NCBI RefSeq assembly: GCF_009914755.1
Contig: NC_060944.1
Source of the DNA: the human T2T-CHM13v2.0 reference genome, Homo sapiens
Reading direction: 5' to 3' (one strand)
Length of the DNA: 64,000 nt
A program made the position numbers and the translations under genes. The notes under the pieces are model-generated. The model did no database searches and was not told the DNA's origin. It saw only the letters and a program-made list of their open reading frames with translations. The stretch's first letter is position 1, and every line of letters starts with the position of its first letter. Below are positions 26,800 through 41,490 of this stretch, in pieces.

Positions 26800-26975
26800 C
26801 AGAGAGAGGGCTGGAGGCACAGGCTCAGAGCCACGAGGCTCAGCTCTGCAGCTGTGTGACTTTGGATGAGTTACATGGCTTCCCTGGGTCTCACAGAGTT
26901 ATCAGAAAGACTACATAGCTTAACATTTATAAAGTGGTTAAAACAGTGCTTGACATAATATTCTATATTAGTGTT
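26800..26975 (+). mobile_element. MIR
   Basis: gctgtgtgactttggatgagttac...aaagtggttaaaacagtgcttgacata. Confidence 0.7.
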
Positions 26976-28554
26976 TGTTCAACAAATGTATTGCATTTCT
27001 AAGTATTTACTTTCAAAATAGGAGAGAAATAACTTCACATTATTCAGGGACTCACGTGTGGTGTGTTTCCTGGCTTCAGTGGGGAGAGCATGTGGCCAGG
27101 ACGCCTTGTTGGCCACATCCCAGCCACCCCACACAAGTGACTTCTGTGTCCAGAGGTGACCTTGGTGACCACAGTTTAATAGTGGGTTTTGCTGGAAAGA
27201 AGAAAGACTAATAAGAAGAATCATGACTGAGAGAAAGTAGCTTAATAATAGAACTTTATTTTTCTGCCTGAAAACCTTTTAAGGAAAGTTAGCCCATCAA
27301 CACAAGCAGTATGTGAGTGGATGAGCTGGAGGAACTGCCCTCCTTTTATTTGTGAAAATTCAAACACATGAAAACTTGAGCCATTCATAAAGAAAATCAC
27401 CCAAGCAAGTGAATGCAGCACTTTGGGGGGGATTTTGGTGGATGACTGGCATGTTTGGGGAATTTTCTTTGTCTTAGTGATGGAATTAGACGTAGTTCAT
27501 AGAACTATGAACTCATACGCCATATAAAACATAAGCCACTGAGATTCCAAGAGATATGGCCATCACACATTCATCTGGCAACTCTGTTAATCTGTGAGAC
27601 ACACTGGGTAATGAAAGACTTGGTATATTATTTGTAAAGAGTCTGAACAATGTCATCGAGAACAATGTGGTTTGGGGTTAAAACTGCCCAGAACTCTCAC
27701 TCATGGCCTTTATTCTATGCCGATAATTACTCTTCCTGATGACCACAGGTGCCTTTGGAGACATCTGGTAAGATTAAGGCTCCTAGAAGATGCAGGTGTC
27801 CACAGTGGTCCATGTACACAGCCTAGAGGCAGGGCCACATTCTACCCACCACACGTTCCCAGCAGACATAACCATCCTGCAGCATATTGTTCTGTCTGCC
27901 CTCTTGCCTTTGAGAGGCTGTCCATTCTTCTCCCTGCAGTCAGGAGGATCCTTTCAGGAGGCAAATCCAATCTTGCCCCCATCCCTTCTCCTCTCATCTT
28001 GGCCACCTCTGGCCAGCTGCTTTCCCTACCCAGTGCTAGGTTTTTGTCCTCTCCCCACTGCCTGGTTAGGGCCTTTTTTCCCTCCTTTTTCAGATCTCAG
28101 CTCCAGCAGTGGTCTTCAGGGAGCCTGTCCTGCCTTTTTACTTTCAAAATAGGAGGTATGCAAGAAATAACACCTGGCATGTGCTTCCTTCCCACTCTGG
28201 CGACAGTCATCATTTCAAGTGGATTCAGGTGGAAACTGGTGCGTATCTCTCTGCCACTGTGCCCACACACCCATGAGAACAAGATCATACCTGTTTCTTT
28301 GGTCTTTCTCTCATCAAAGCATCCAGAACTCTATTAATGGGGGTTAAACAAATGAGCACATTGTTTGAACGTGGCTCTTTGGATGCACCTTGACCAGCCT
28401 GGAAGGATAACACACAGCAAACACCCCTGCTGGGTGGCAGCTATTATGCTGGCGCTGGTGCGTTGGGTGCCCTCCGCCCTCTCTCCCTTTCTGTCTTGAG
28501 TCCTACTATCCTTTGTGTCTTTAAAGCTCCAGCTAAAACTTCCAGCTTCTGATT

Positions 28555-28780
28555 AGGAGCCTGGGTTCATTTGGGAGCCTTATTCACATCCCAGTTCTGT
28601 CACTTCCTGGCTGTGTGATCTTGGGCAAGTTGTTCACCTTCTCTGTGCCTCAATCTCCACCTCTGTAAAGAGGAGATAATAAAATTTCCTACTTCATGGA
28701 GTTCTTTGGAGAATTATGTACTAATAAGTTAATATATGTAAAACACTTAGAAATACTCGGCACAGAGTTAGCACTGGACA
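28555..28780 (+). mobile_element. MIR
   Basis: ctgtgtgatcttgggcaagttgttcaccttctctgtgcctcaatctccacctctgtaaa. Confidence 0.85.
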
Positions 28781-29561
28781 ACTGCTCGGAGAAGCACTTC
28801 CCAGTTTTTATTTAGCTTTTATTTTATCAGGGATATCCCATACCTTTCTTCCTCAGAGTATTCTCCTCAAAGAAATCTTGACTGCACATGAGATTTGATT
28901 TTGGGCCCACTTAATAAATGTATGTTTTCTTATTTGTTAGAAGTGGAGGTTTGAGTGGAAGTGATTCATGGTTCTCTGCAGCCCTGAGATTCTAGAATCT
29001 CACATCCTCCTCCACTGGAGAGTGCTCTCATTACTGAGTCCCTCAATTTTACATAGATGTTAAATACAAATGGGAAAGAGAGGTGGTGGCCCAGCCTGCC
29101 TTACTACACAATCCATAGAGAGAGGAGACCCTGAAGTGCCGAGTAATTGAGAATTGGGTCTTAAGGAATCTGGAAAGGAGGAGATTTTTGTGGGATATTC
29201 CTGTGAACTCTGTGTTAGGGCACAGGTGTGAAGACAGGCCTAGGCTCACCTTGGTCAGGAGGCTGCTCTGCACACAGGTGCTCTCTCCACCATGTACTGG
29301 CGAGCATCTGTGAGGACCTCTTTGAACTTCCTCCTGAGTGGACGAGCTGCCCCTTCCCCTCCTCATCTAATATTGGAGGTTCAGTCTCAGTCTCTTCAAG
29401 GCCCCTTTTCTCAAATATCCAAAGGGGAGGTTTGGATCCTGAAAGTATAGCTGGGCTCGCCTTCCTATTTCAGGCCAAATATTTTGTGAATTTTGTTTTG
29501 ATGAGGAACAAACAAAAATGGTCCTTGAGATTTCCTCTTCCAAATCACTGAGATAGAGTAG

Positions 29562-29880
<319 letters not shown>

Positions 29881-30269
29881 TCTTCTTCATCAGAGAAGTT
29901 AATGATGCTGTCGGTGTGGGGTCTGCCTGGCACAGCCAGTCTCTGCCCATGGCAAATGAAGCACACCTGCCTTCCCTCACTGGCGTGGAGCGCTCTCATT
30001 CCTCTCCTGGCCATGAGTGGTTGATGACAAACAGATCCTGTGATTCCGCAAGAGTGCCTCATCTATCCATGTGCTCAGAATGTTGGTGAGAGGTGTGATT
30101 CTCCTACACCGTCACCCAGTTTTCAAGAAGACATATGTCCACTGATTGTCCTTCAGGATGTCAAGATAAGGAGTAAATGAGAATGTCTTTGAAAGTATTT
30201 TCATTACTCAATACTTTAAAAGGAAAAAAAAAATCTTTTGTCTAGGGAAGCTCATGTTTAGAATAAAGT

Positions 30270-30445
30270 AAACATTTCCCAAAGTTTCCAACTGATAAGA
30301 ACTGCCTTTGGGAGTTTGTGAAAGACGTGGATTTTCAGATCTCTTCTGTGGAGATTCCATTGCTCTATGCAAAACTCAGAAATCTGACTTTTTGTAAGCA
30401 TCCCAGATAATTCTTACGTGCAGAAAAGTCTGGAAAAATACCAAA
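30270..30445. mobile_element. MER5-family hAT MITE (degenerate)
   Basis: tttcccaaagt...gaaatctgactttttgtaagcatcccagataattctta...ggaaaaatac. Confidence 0.55.
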
Positions 30446-30479
30446 GTGGGTCAATCTACCAGGAGAGGAACAAATGCTT

Positions 30480-32003
30480 TTTTAAAAAAAAATTAGTAAA
30501 CTTTATATTTTAGAGAAGTTTCAAGAGTATAAAGTACAGAGAATTCCCATAGACCCCTGCCCTCTGTCCCACAGCTTCCCCCATGATCCGTTTCCCACAC
30601 TGGAGTGCACGTGTGTTACAGCCGATGCACATAATCATCACCCAAAGTCCACAGCTTACATTAGGGCTTGTTTTCAGTGTACATTCTATGGATGTTGGCA
30701 AATGTGTAATGACATGTATCCATCATTACAGCATCACCAGAGTCGCTTCACTGCCCCCCAAGTCCCCAGCACTCCACCCGTTCATCCTTCCCTCCCTGCA
30801 TGCCTTGGCAACCACTTGCCTTTGTGCTGTGGTCATAGTCTTGCCTTTGCAAGAATGGCATATAATTGCACTGATGCAGTATGTAGCCTTTTCTGCTGGG
30901 CTTCTTTTAATTACTAATATGCATTTAAATCTGCTTCATGTCTTTTCAAGGCTGGATGACTCATTTGTTTTTCGAGTTTTACTGAATAATATTTAATTGT
31001 CTGGAAGTACCACAGTTTATCCATTCACCTACTAAAGAACATTTTAGTAACTTACAAATTTTGGCAAACATAAGTAAAGCTTCTATAAACATCTGTGTGC
31101 AGGTTTTGTGTGGACATAAGTTTCTAACTACTTGAATAAACACCAAGAAGCAAGATTGCTGTATCATAGGGTGAAAGTGTGTCTAACTTTGTCAGACATT
31201 GCCAGGGAGTCCTCCTAGGTGGCTGCGCCATCTGCATTCCCACCAGCAATGAATGAGAGACCCTGTTGCTCCGTGTCTTCACCAGCATTTGGAGTTGTCA
31301 GTGTTTTGGATTTATTTTGGCCGCTCTAATAGTGTGCAGTGGTATCTCATTTTTGTTTTAATTTGCATTTTCCTAACGACAAATGATGCTGAGCATCTTT
31401 TCATATGTTTACTTGCTATGTGCTCGTCTTCTTTGGTGAACTGTATGTTCAGGTCTTTTACCCATTTTTTTTAATTGGACTGTTAATCTTATCGTTGAGT
31501 TGTGAGAATTCTTGGTACATTTTGAATAACAGTCCTTTAGCAGATGTGTCTTTTGCAAATATTTTATCCTAGTCTGGGGCTAGTTTTCTCATTCTCTTGA
31601 GATTATCTTTTCCAGAGCAGAAGTTAATTTTAATGCCATCCAGCTTATCAACTTTTCTTTTATAAATTGTGCCTTTATGTTATATCTAAAAAGTCTTTGC
31701 CATAATCAGGGTATCTAGATTTTCTACTATGTTATCTTCTAGGGGTTTTATGATTTTGTGTTTTACATTTAGGGCTATGATGCATTTTGAGTTAATTTTT
31801 GCAGAGGGTGTAAGGTCTGTGTGTTGACTCACTTTTTTGCATGTATAGGCCCAGTCATTCGAGGACCATTTGTTGACTTTTCTCCATCGTATTGCCTTTG
31901 CCCCTTTGTCAAAGTCTATTGACTATATTTATGTGGGTCTATTTCTGGGCTGTGTATTCTGTTTCATTGATCTATTTGTCTATTCATACAGTATCTTGAT
32001 TAC
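30480..32003 (-). mobile_element. L1MC1-like 3' UTR and 3' ORF2
   Basis: aaagtacagagaattcccatagacccc...cacccaaagtccacagcttacattaggg, continuing into reverse ORF2. Confidence 0.88.
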
Positions 32004-32299
32004 CAAATGATCAATTAGCAAGTGATTAATTAGCAAAATTATATGCAGAAACAAGGGCAGAACACCCATTAATAACTTATAGTGATTTTTCAATTATTTG
32101 CGGTTTGGAGGTTTGGAATAGGTATTATACATGTTTAATGTGTCCACAGTGGTTGGAAGCTAAGATAAATTAATATAAATTACAGAAAGGATAACAACTA
32201 CCTGGCCCTTTAGCCCCCCTCCTTCACTCCAGTTTCACTGCTAATCATTGGGTTGGAATAAGGAAATTCACCATGACATTACATGGTAGCGTCTGTGCC

Positions 32300-33610
32300 A
32301 TAGCTGACTCGGGTTCTGTTGCTGCTCTGTCTCTTCAAACTGTGTTTTTGGTCTTGTAATAGACGTTTCAATTTATTGTTGAAAGCCAGACATAATGTAG
32401 TGGATAATAGAGACTGAGGCAAGTAGGCCTTTAGTGTAAAATTTTATATTGACCTAGCTAGGGGTTAGACTGTGTTTACAGTTACTACAGCTCTAAGGGT
32501 TTGAGGATAAAATTTCTTGGGTGCTTTTGTTTCTATCGCCTCTGTTGCCTTGGGTTTCCCTAGAGACTTCTTAAATAAGGTCTGAGTCACATGGGTCTTT
32601 CAGTTGTATTTCACCATTATCATACAGGAGCCCTGTTTTTTTGTTTTTTGTTTTTTGTTTTTATTTTGAGATGGAGTCTCGCTCTATCACCCAGGCTGGC
32701 CTCCCGGGGTGGGGGTTCACGCCATTCTCCTGCCTCAGCCTCTCCGAGTAAGTGGGACTACAGGCGCCCGCCACCACGCCCGGCCAATTTTCTATATTTT
32801 TAGTAGAGACGGGGTTTCACCGTGGTCTCAATCTCCTGACCTCATGATCCACCTGCCTCGGCCTCCCAGAGTGCTGGGATTACAAGAGTGAGCCACTGCG
32901 CCCAGCCAGGAGCCCTGTTAATGCCGTGGCATGGTGTGGTGTGGTGCTGCGAATCACCTGACACTCCTATGATTAGGCCTGTCTTTTAGCGACCCTGTGC
33001 AACTAGCTGTGACCTTCACAAGTGCTTCTCAGCCCTTCCCTCCTTAGATGAGACAGGAAGGATAGAGTGGCCCAGAAGTTAAATCTTTTCCTCCTCCCAG
33101 GTCACTTAGGCTTTGATAAAACCCCAGTAGGTAAAACTGTTTTTCTTGGGGACAGGCTTGTCAAGAACAGAAGGCTCAGGGCATATTTCAAAGTGGCTCC
33201 TTTTCCACCCTTCCTGCTGCAAGCACATGGGAATTTTTCTCCCATTGCCACTGTGAAAACCTGGTAGAGCCCCTGGGGGCAATACTTGCTAAAGTGTGGG
33301 GGACTCCTAAGATGGGGCCCCTCATAGTGTTTAACTCTCAGGCTTGTCTGCAAGGACCAGATTTGTCAATTACAGTTCAAGTTTTCCCACCCCAGTACCA
33401 GTTCTTGTAAAGTTTTCTGCCCCTGGGCTTCCACTCTGTTAAATTGTGATTCTCCATATCTACTTTTCAATTTGCGGGGGCAGCAGTTTGCCCTGTGACC
33501 TCAGTTGTCTGACGGATCTGAGAAGGCTGTTGATGTTCAGTTTGTTCAGTGTTTTTCTTTCATGGTTGGGAGTGATGGCTCCCAGGCTTCTTATATGCTG
33601 GATCAGACTG
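32300..33610 (-). mobile_element. L1M 5' end region with an AluYd insertion
   Basis: Reverse old-L1 5' UTR-type sequence (gttgaaagccagacataatgtag...ggcagcagtttgccctgtgacctc...gttgatgttcagtttgttcag). Confidence 0.65.
32638..32907 (-). mobile_element. AluYd-type element with an extra internal deletion
   Basis: Reverse complement gagattgagaccacggtgaaac shows the 12-bp left-arm deletion. TSD aggagccctgtt at 32626-32637 and 32908-32919. Confidence 0.85.
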
Positions 33611-33611
33611 T

Positions 33612-34530
33612 GACTGTTTCTCAGGATTCCCTAGTAATGACCCTGGTAATTGTAAGGAGTACTAGTAAGGTGTATTGTAGGTTTCTCATCTAATGGAATT
33701 TGGCTGATTTTTACATGCTTAGATAGGGATCATGGGTTTTGAAGAGGAAGACCTCAGAAGTGTCCTTCCCATCATATCACACTCTCAACATGATTTGTGA
33801 CTGCTGATATTGAACCTGATTACCTGGCTGAGGTCAGGTTAGTCAGGTTTCTCTACTTTAAAGCTATTCTTTTTCTCCTTTCTATGTTGTTCTCCTTGAA
33901 AGGAAATCACCATACACAGCTCACAGTTAAGGAGTAGAGGTTTATGCTCCCTCCCCTTAGGGTAGATTAACTACATAATTTATTTGGAATTCTTCTGCAT
34001 GGGAGATTTGCCTCCTCATACCCAATTAATAATTTATTCAATCATCTATTTATATAAATATGAATTTATATATTTATTTATTTATTTTATACATTGAGTA
34101 ATAACCCAAGACAACTTAATTTTGGTGTGGAAGTTGTCCCAGCTTTAGCCACTGGAATCTCCTTTGCTTGGTGTTTGTGTCCCTTTGAGATATCACATCA
34201 TTGCGTGTGGTTTTGTTGTAGTTGTTTTTGTCTAGTTTTTGAGCACATATTTACTTTCTGGTACTACAAGGTGTTTTAGGCTCACTTTGAATATTTTCTG
34301 CCCCAGTTTTAGAATCAGCCATTTCTCCAAGGACCCATGGTTCCTTTTGTTGGATAATGGCATACAAAACCAAGATCTGGGTACTAGGTATGCTCATTGC
34401 TAGCAAAGTATGATTTTCAGGCTCTCCCAGCTGAGAGAGTAAGGAGATAGATGTGTGTATACTAACCCAATAATATATTTTCATATGTAACCATCTGTAC
34501 CTATATTAAGTTAAACATGGATACTTATGT
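33612..34530 (-). mobile_element. L1MC/MD 3' UTR fragment
   Basis: gaggtcaggttagtcaggtttctctactttaaag...gaatcagccatttctccaaggacccatggttcc...accaagatctgggtactaggtatgctcattgct. Confidence 0.8.
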
Positions 34531-35010
34531 CAATCTAGCATCCTGTTGCCACTAGGTTTCAATAATCATAAAACATTTTAAAAGAAATATAAATTTTGAA
34601 TGCAAAAAATGCATTTTCTTATTTATTATGATCTACATTTATGATAAAAATGCATCCAAATTTTGAGCATTTTGAATACAATTTTATTTAACATGTTTTT
34701 TCATACCACCTGCAATATATACATTTAATATCTTCATCATCTAAACAACGTTATCGCTAGAATATGAATTATATGATGATATTAAAAATAGCCAGTTCAT
34801 GATTTTGCTGAAATGAACACAAGAACAATAAATTTTATACACTAAATATATAATAATGTATGAATCACACATGTGTTTTAATTTTCTTACCTATATATAA
34901 ACAAAATACTCTACTATAAACAAAAACAATCCATAAACAGAATACTCAGAATCCAAATTTAATTCAGTCATTTTTGAAATATTGCCACCCTTTAGTTGTA
35001 TAAAACCCAT

Positions 35011-35350
35011 AGCCTGTGCACAGTGGCTCACACATGTAACCCCAGCACTTTGGAAGGCCAAGGTGGGAAGACTGCTTGAGCCTAGGAGTTCCAGAATAGC
35101 CTGAGCCACATAGGAAGACCCTGTCTCCACAAAATGTAAAAACATTAGGAAGGCATAGTGACACACACCTGTGTTCCCAGCCACTTGGGAGGTTGAGGCA
35201 GGAGGACTGCTTGAGCCCAGAAGGTCAAGGCTGCAGTGAGCCATGACTGCATCACTGCACTCCAGCCTGAGCAACAGAGTGAAACCCTGTCTCAAAAAAG
35301 CAAACAACAACAACAACAACAACAACAACACACACACACACACACACACG
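35011..35350 (+). mobile_element. AluJ with (AAC)n(AC)n tail
   Basis: J-type ttgagcccagaaggtcaaggctgcagtgagccatga. The tail grades from A to AAC to AC. Confidence 0.92.
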
Positions 35351-35484
35351 CACCCACACACCCAAAGCCTTGTTAATATTTTCCTGATTTGTTGTTATGA
35401 AGACATTTCTGAAGTAGTAAGAGGTTAGAATGTAGTATATTTAGCAGTTTGAGATTTTGATGTATAATCTCTAAATTCTGGTCT

Positions 35485-35547
35485 GTGGTATGAGGGTCTC
35501 CATTTATGTTCTTGCTTGGAGCCCTGCAGGTGTCAGGGGCAGGCTTG
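35485..35547. mobile_element. MER45-like hAT-Tip100 terminus (may extend left to ~34550)
   Basis: tcttgcttggagccctgcaggtgtcaggggcaggcttg resembles the MER45 end. Confidence 0.45.
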
Positions 35548-35794
35548 CTTCGTCCAGCTGGGAGGACATACACTCTGTGGCCTTGCAGGAGCCTATCTGT
35601 GTTGAATGACATCAAACAGTTTTCCTTTTATTTGGCCAACAGCACAGACCCTCCTCCCTCTCCTTTCCCTGATGACCCTGGTGATGACTCTGTCCCTACT
35701 GACCTCCAGCTCCTCCCATCTCTGGAGAATAAACCCCAGAGAGGGGTCTGCCAACTCACAGGGAGAAAGAATTTGGTAAGAAAGTCATGAATAT

Positions 35795-36172
<378 letters not shown>

Positions 36173-37302
36173 TCAAATTTTATAAAAACCCTAGATACTT
36201 CTCATTCTGGGACCTGGAAGCCACTCCTACGTAGTATTAGAGACCTTGCCCCCACCATATTCATTCTTCACCTAGCAGCAAGAACGCTTTTTGAAAAACA
36301 AGAGTCCTACTGTTTTCCCATTTGAAACCCTCCAAGGCTTCCCAGTGTGCTGGGAGAGAGCCCCACCCAAGTTTCCTAACATCCTACTGAAAAGTTTGTT
36401 ACAACTAAAGAAACACTTTGTGTAGCTGCAATCGATCCTTTCTTGTCTTTTGTCTCTGTGTCCAGGTTAAACCAAACAGTGTTACAAGAGGCACCTAGTT
36501 ATTGCTGCCTCTGTAAGCATGGAGACCCAAGAGTTAAGGGCAGCCTGCATCCTGGAATGGAGGCTACAAAGCAGCTGATGGCCCCCTCACACCTGGGATG
36601 AAGAAAGCAGGGCCGGGATCCTGCTCTTCTTTCATAACAAATATCTTAATATCTGGAACGTTATCATGATGTCCCTGCCACAGAAACCTGGGTGTTTGCA
36701 TGTTGAAAATATGTTCTTGTTGTCATTAAGTAGAAAAACCTGCACCCTAACATGTGCCTTAAAAAAATATCAAAACCAGCAATTCTAAGGCCAAGGCAGC
36801 ATTTTCACAGCTGTCTTCCAAATTCCATGGGTCTATGTTCACTAGCTCCAAAATGCAGGCTTGTTTAGTTACCTAGAGATGCTCATGGTCAGCCATGAGT
36901 TCATTCCAGCAGGAAGTGACATGGTGTCCTTCAAAATTAGACTGTCAGTAGAAGCATCATTGAGATCTTCCTGTGGTGTCCGGCACATGAAAATAACTAC
37001 TTAAAATTTCCTATGCCATAATCATTATATTCATGTTCTATGGAGTCTTCACTGATGGTTCTGTTCAGTAGTTAGAATAGGCAAAGAACAACTTTCGTGA
37101 AAAAGTTCTGTGATGTCCCACCTTCTTTCTGAGAAGGATATATAGGCTCCTACGCATGAACTTCAGCTTCTGTATCCCATCTCCTGCATATGAATCAGGC
37201 CCCAATTTTCAGTGCAAGTCCCAGCTTTTCCAGGGCAGTCAGCCTCCAATTATTGATTGATGGTACACATACAAAGCCTGATTGAAAAGACATTTTTGGG
37301 AG

Positions 37303-38249
<947 letters not shown>

Positions 38250-38397
38250 GAAAGGCTCTTTAAAAACTACTCAGTTAATCTATTTCTTCAGATAGTCTAA
38301 GCCCTGATTTGAATCAGTTGGGGCCCCTGATGAATTTCCTTCACTAAGCCATGCTTCCCTGCCTCCTCTGTCCTTGGTTTTACTCAAGGAGAACCCA

Positions 38398-39061
38398 TGT
38401 AACAGGACCAAGTTTGTTTCACGATGCACAGCAAGGCAATACGCTAAGTCACCCAGTTGCAGCTGAGAAAGAGGTTTCATGGTAAAGCAACCAAATGAGG
38501 AGACAGAAGGAAACCTCAACTCCATCTCCCCAAGGAGTTTGGAAGTAGGGATTTTAAGGGGTTTGGATGAATAGTGGGCCGAGGTGTGGGGATCCTTGAC
38601 TGGTCAAAGAGCATAGGGTGAAGTCATGAGACAAGGAGATGAAGAAACCTCATTCTCATCCTGATTAGGCTCCTCTGCAGGGGTCTTCATGCTGATAGTG
38701 CTCCTCTGGGGGGGTCTTCATGCTGCTTGGTATCAGCCATTCCACTGGAATTCAGGATCTGAAAAACATATTAAGCAATTGTTAAACAGAAACATTATTA
38801 TTCTAGCATCAGAAATCCTATCTATAGGAACAACACGGATGCAAGTGGTCAGTATGTAGTGCTGCATGACTTTCGGTAGCAAGCAGCTACAAGGAAATGA
38901 GTGTACTTTGGATTCCTTTTAAAGGACAGAACAGTCAAAAGACTGATCTTAGTGAATGAGGAGTGGGAAGTGTGGAGAGGGGTACAGCAGATTAATGCTT
39001 AATTCTATTTCTGTCTAGAACTTGGCATGTAATTCTTGTTAACTCGGTGAGAGTGGTTTCA
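38398..39061 (-). mobile_element. ERV1 solo LTR (MER4 group, MER72-like)
   Basis: TG...CA ends with a perfect 4-bp TSD ccca (38394-38397 and 39062-39065). Internal 31-bp tandem duplication at ~38670-38726. Confidence 0.82.
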
Positions 39062-40011
39062 CCCAGACAGACATGGGTCTATTCCAGCATTTGATGTGGA
39101 AATGCTGTGGAGGGCAGATGACATGCAGGTGGCTGCTACTTTCCCTGTGAAGTGTACAGGGATCATAGGCATTCTTGATGGACTCAGTAGGAGGGAACCC
39201 TCCCCTTGAAGGGCCAGCCCCTTTATCTCTAACAGAAGCTGTGCCCTACCTCTGCCTGGCTGCCAGGAAAGCTCAAATGGACACTGGCCCAAACTCTGCC
39301 TCCTCTGTAAACCATTACTTTGGCACTTGTCTAATTGGTTGGTGGGTTTTTTTTTTATTTTGAATATTATTTTATTTAAAAATTATTGCACATTTTCTGG
39401 CAAGTTGTTTTTCAAAACCTTGTAAGTGGGTGAGGATATCAATCACTTAAACTCTCTAAGAATATTGAAAAGGGACTTCTAGGAGAGAATAGAAAAATGA
39501 CTACCAAGTTTCCTTTCAGCCCAGAGGTTCCACAATGCAGTAACTTGATTACCTTGGGCTGAAACGCCCTCCCTTTCCCACTGGCTCTGCTGAAAATATT
39601 TGTGCCTTCAAGGTAGGCCTTGACAACTAATGGCAGCTCAAGTTTTTCTTCATAATTTATGAGTGATAATAAATGTGCCTGCCGCCTCACTATTGGTGTT
39701 CTTTCAAATGGCAAGCGTAGACATGAAAACCTGATGACTCATGAAAATGAAATGTCCCAGCGTGGCAGGTGAATTTCCACACTGACGTAGCTCCATGCTG
39801 TTGGTTAAAAAGACAAAGACCCATGAGATTTCTCAGGAGGGGCAATGGGATGCAGCCGGCACATGCCTCTGAGAAGCCGGTGATAGAGCTGCCTTTCCAG
39901 CCCATTTCCCCCACATTTCCTTCTGCTGTGCCCCTCTCCACGCTTCCCACTCCTCAATCACTAAGATCAGTCTTTTGACTGTGCTGTCCTTTAAAAGGAA
40001 TCCAAAGTGCA
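38902..40011. repeat. Inverted repeat: 90-bp arms 38902-38991 and 39922-40011, 930-bp spacer
   Basis: Ungapped reverse-complement alignment, 85/90 identical by eye. Confidence 0.95.
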
Positions 40012-41149
40012 GATGGAAAAGGCGGCACCTGGTGAGAAGTGGCAAGAGGATTTATAGAATCTGTACCTAAAAGATGCCTCTGTCCAGAAAGGGGGCGGCC
40101 ACTCTCAGGAATCATCCTCAAACTGAATACAGGCCATCAAGGACCTCAGGGAGCACAAGTTAATTGAAATGAAATCAATCCCTCCAGGGCTTTAATGAAG
40201 ATGTTGAGAAGCCTGCTGGCAGCTGGGACCCGGCAGGCCAGTGTGAAGCTGTGAGGGACAGTCCCTGGATTAAAAAGGGGCAGGAGCTACAGACTGAGGG
40301 AGTCCCTGTGCTAAATGCACCTGCCACTGAGCACTTCCATTCTCAGCCTCTACCTGTCGGACACTCACTGCCGGGGCAGCAAACAATAGACATGGAGATT
40401 GGGGGCCTGTGGCTGCTTCTGTTGCTCCAGTTGAGCATTTTACAGTGGAGTGAGGGTTTGATCTTATGTCCTAAGGGGTGATCCTTCTGCTGAAACTGCT
40501 AAGGAAACGTAGTCCTTTTCTTTTAACACAGGACTGTAGAGTTTTCTGACAAAAGAATAATTCCACTCTTGCTCCTTAAAATCCATTGTCAGGAGCAGAC
40601 AAAGAGCAGAACATCCACACTCTCTGTTCTGAACACTCTTTGTTCTGAACACTGCAGACCTCCAGCTGCCCTTCCAGGTCGTCCTTTAGCAGACGCTCTT
40701 GGAGAAATGCAGATCTAATCTCATCTGTCTATGTTAAGCCCTTTAGGACTCTCAGAACGGGGTTCAAGTTCCTTAGCGGGGCCAACCAGGCATTATCTGT
40801 TTCTCCCTCCAGCGCATCTAACAACACACTCCTCTTTTCCCTTCGCCTCCCAGAGTCGTGCCTCTCGCCTCTCCTGGGGCATCCAAACACAAAGCCTCTC
40901 TCCACCTCCCCCTCTCCCAGGACGTGTTGAAATCCTCCTCCAGGCCCAGATCTTAAATGCCGCTGTTCCCGCTCTTCTGCCACTTGCTGTCTTTGTGCTG
41001 AGGTTTCCCATCTTACTCAGTGCCCGGAAGAGCATCGGAAGTGGTTGATAAGTGGCTGTTGAATATTGGCTGTTGTATGGATGCAGCTATTACTGGCTGT
41101 TCTACATCCTGGAATGTGAAATTAGCAGCCAGCTGAATTAAAACTCACT

Positions 41150-41490
41150 GAGTATGTTTGTATGGATACAAGAACCTGAGGTTGAAGAATGGTGAAAATA
41201 GGAAAAGTGATGACCTACAACTAGTAGAAATCAGCCATTTTAGGAGAAAATTGTCTTGCCTTGAGACAGTGAGGAAAGTGAGGAGGCTTTTTCAATAATT
41301 TATGTAAGGAATGATAAGGGCTTGAACATAAACTAAAGCAGAGGGATGGAAATATGGATTTGAGAGTTGCACAAGAGGCCAGTGAATGGGTTAGGTCCAC
41401 ATGCCATCAATCAGTGGTTGACTGGGTGACACGTCCCAAGTCATTCAAACCCACTGAGTTTTGGTTGTCTACCTGTAAAGTGAGCATGCC
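41150..41490 (-). mobile_element. L2 fragment (degenerate)
   Basis: gcagagggatggaaatatggatttgagag...gagttttggttgtctacctg. Confidence 0.45.

Noticed and set aside
27672-28337. Longest ORF (221 aa)
   Set aside because: Starts at TTG, has the Leu/Pro/Ser-rich composition expected from pyrimidine-rich DNA, and shows no recognisable domain or exon context.
34891-35361. 156-aa ORF and other Alu-derived ORFs (e.g. 1531-1725, 13420-13647, 22538-22756)
   Set aside because: These are translations of Alu sequence and microsatellite tails.
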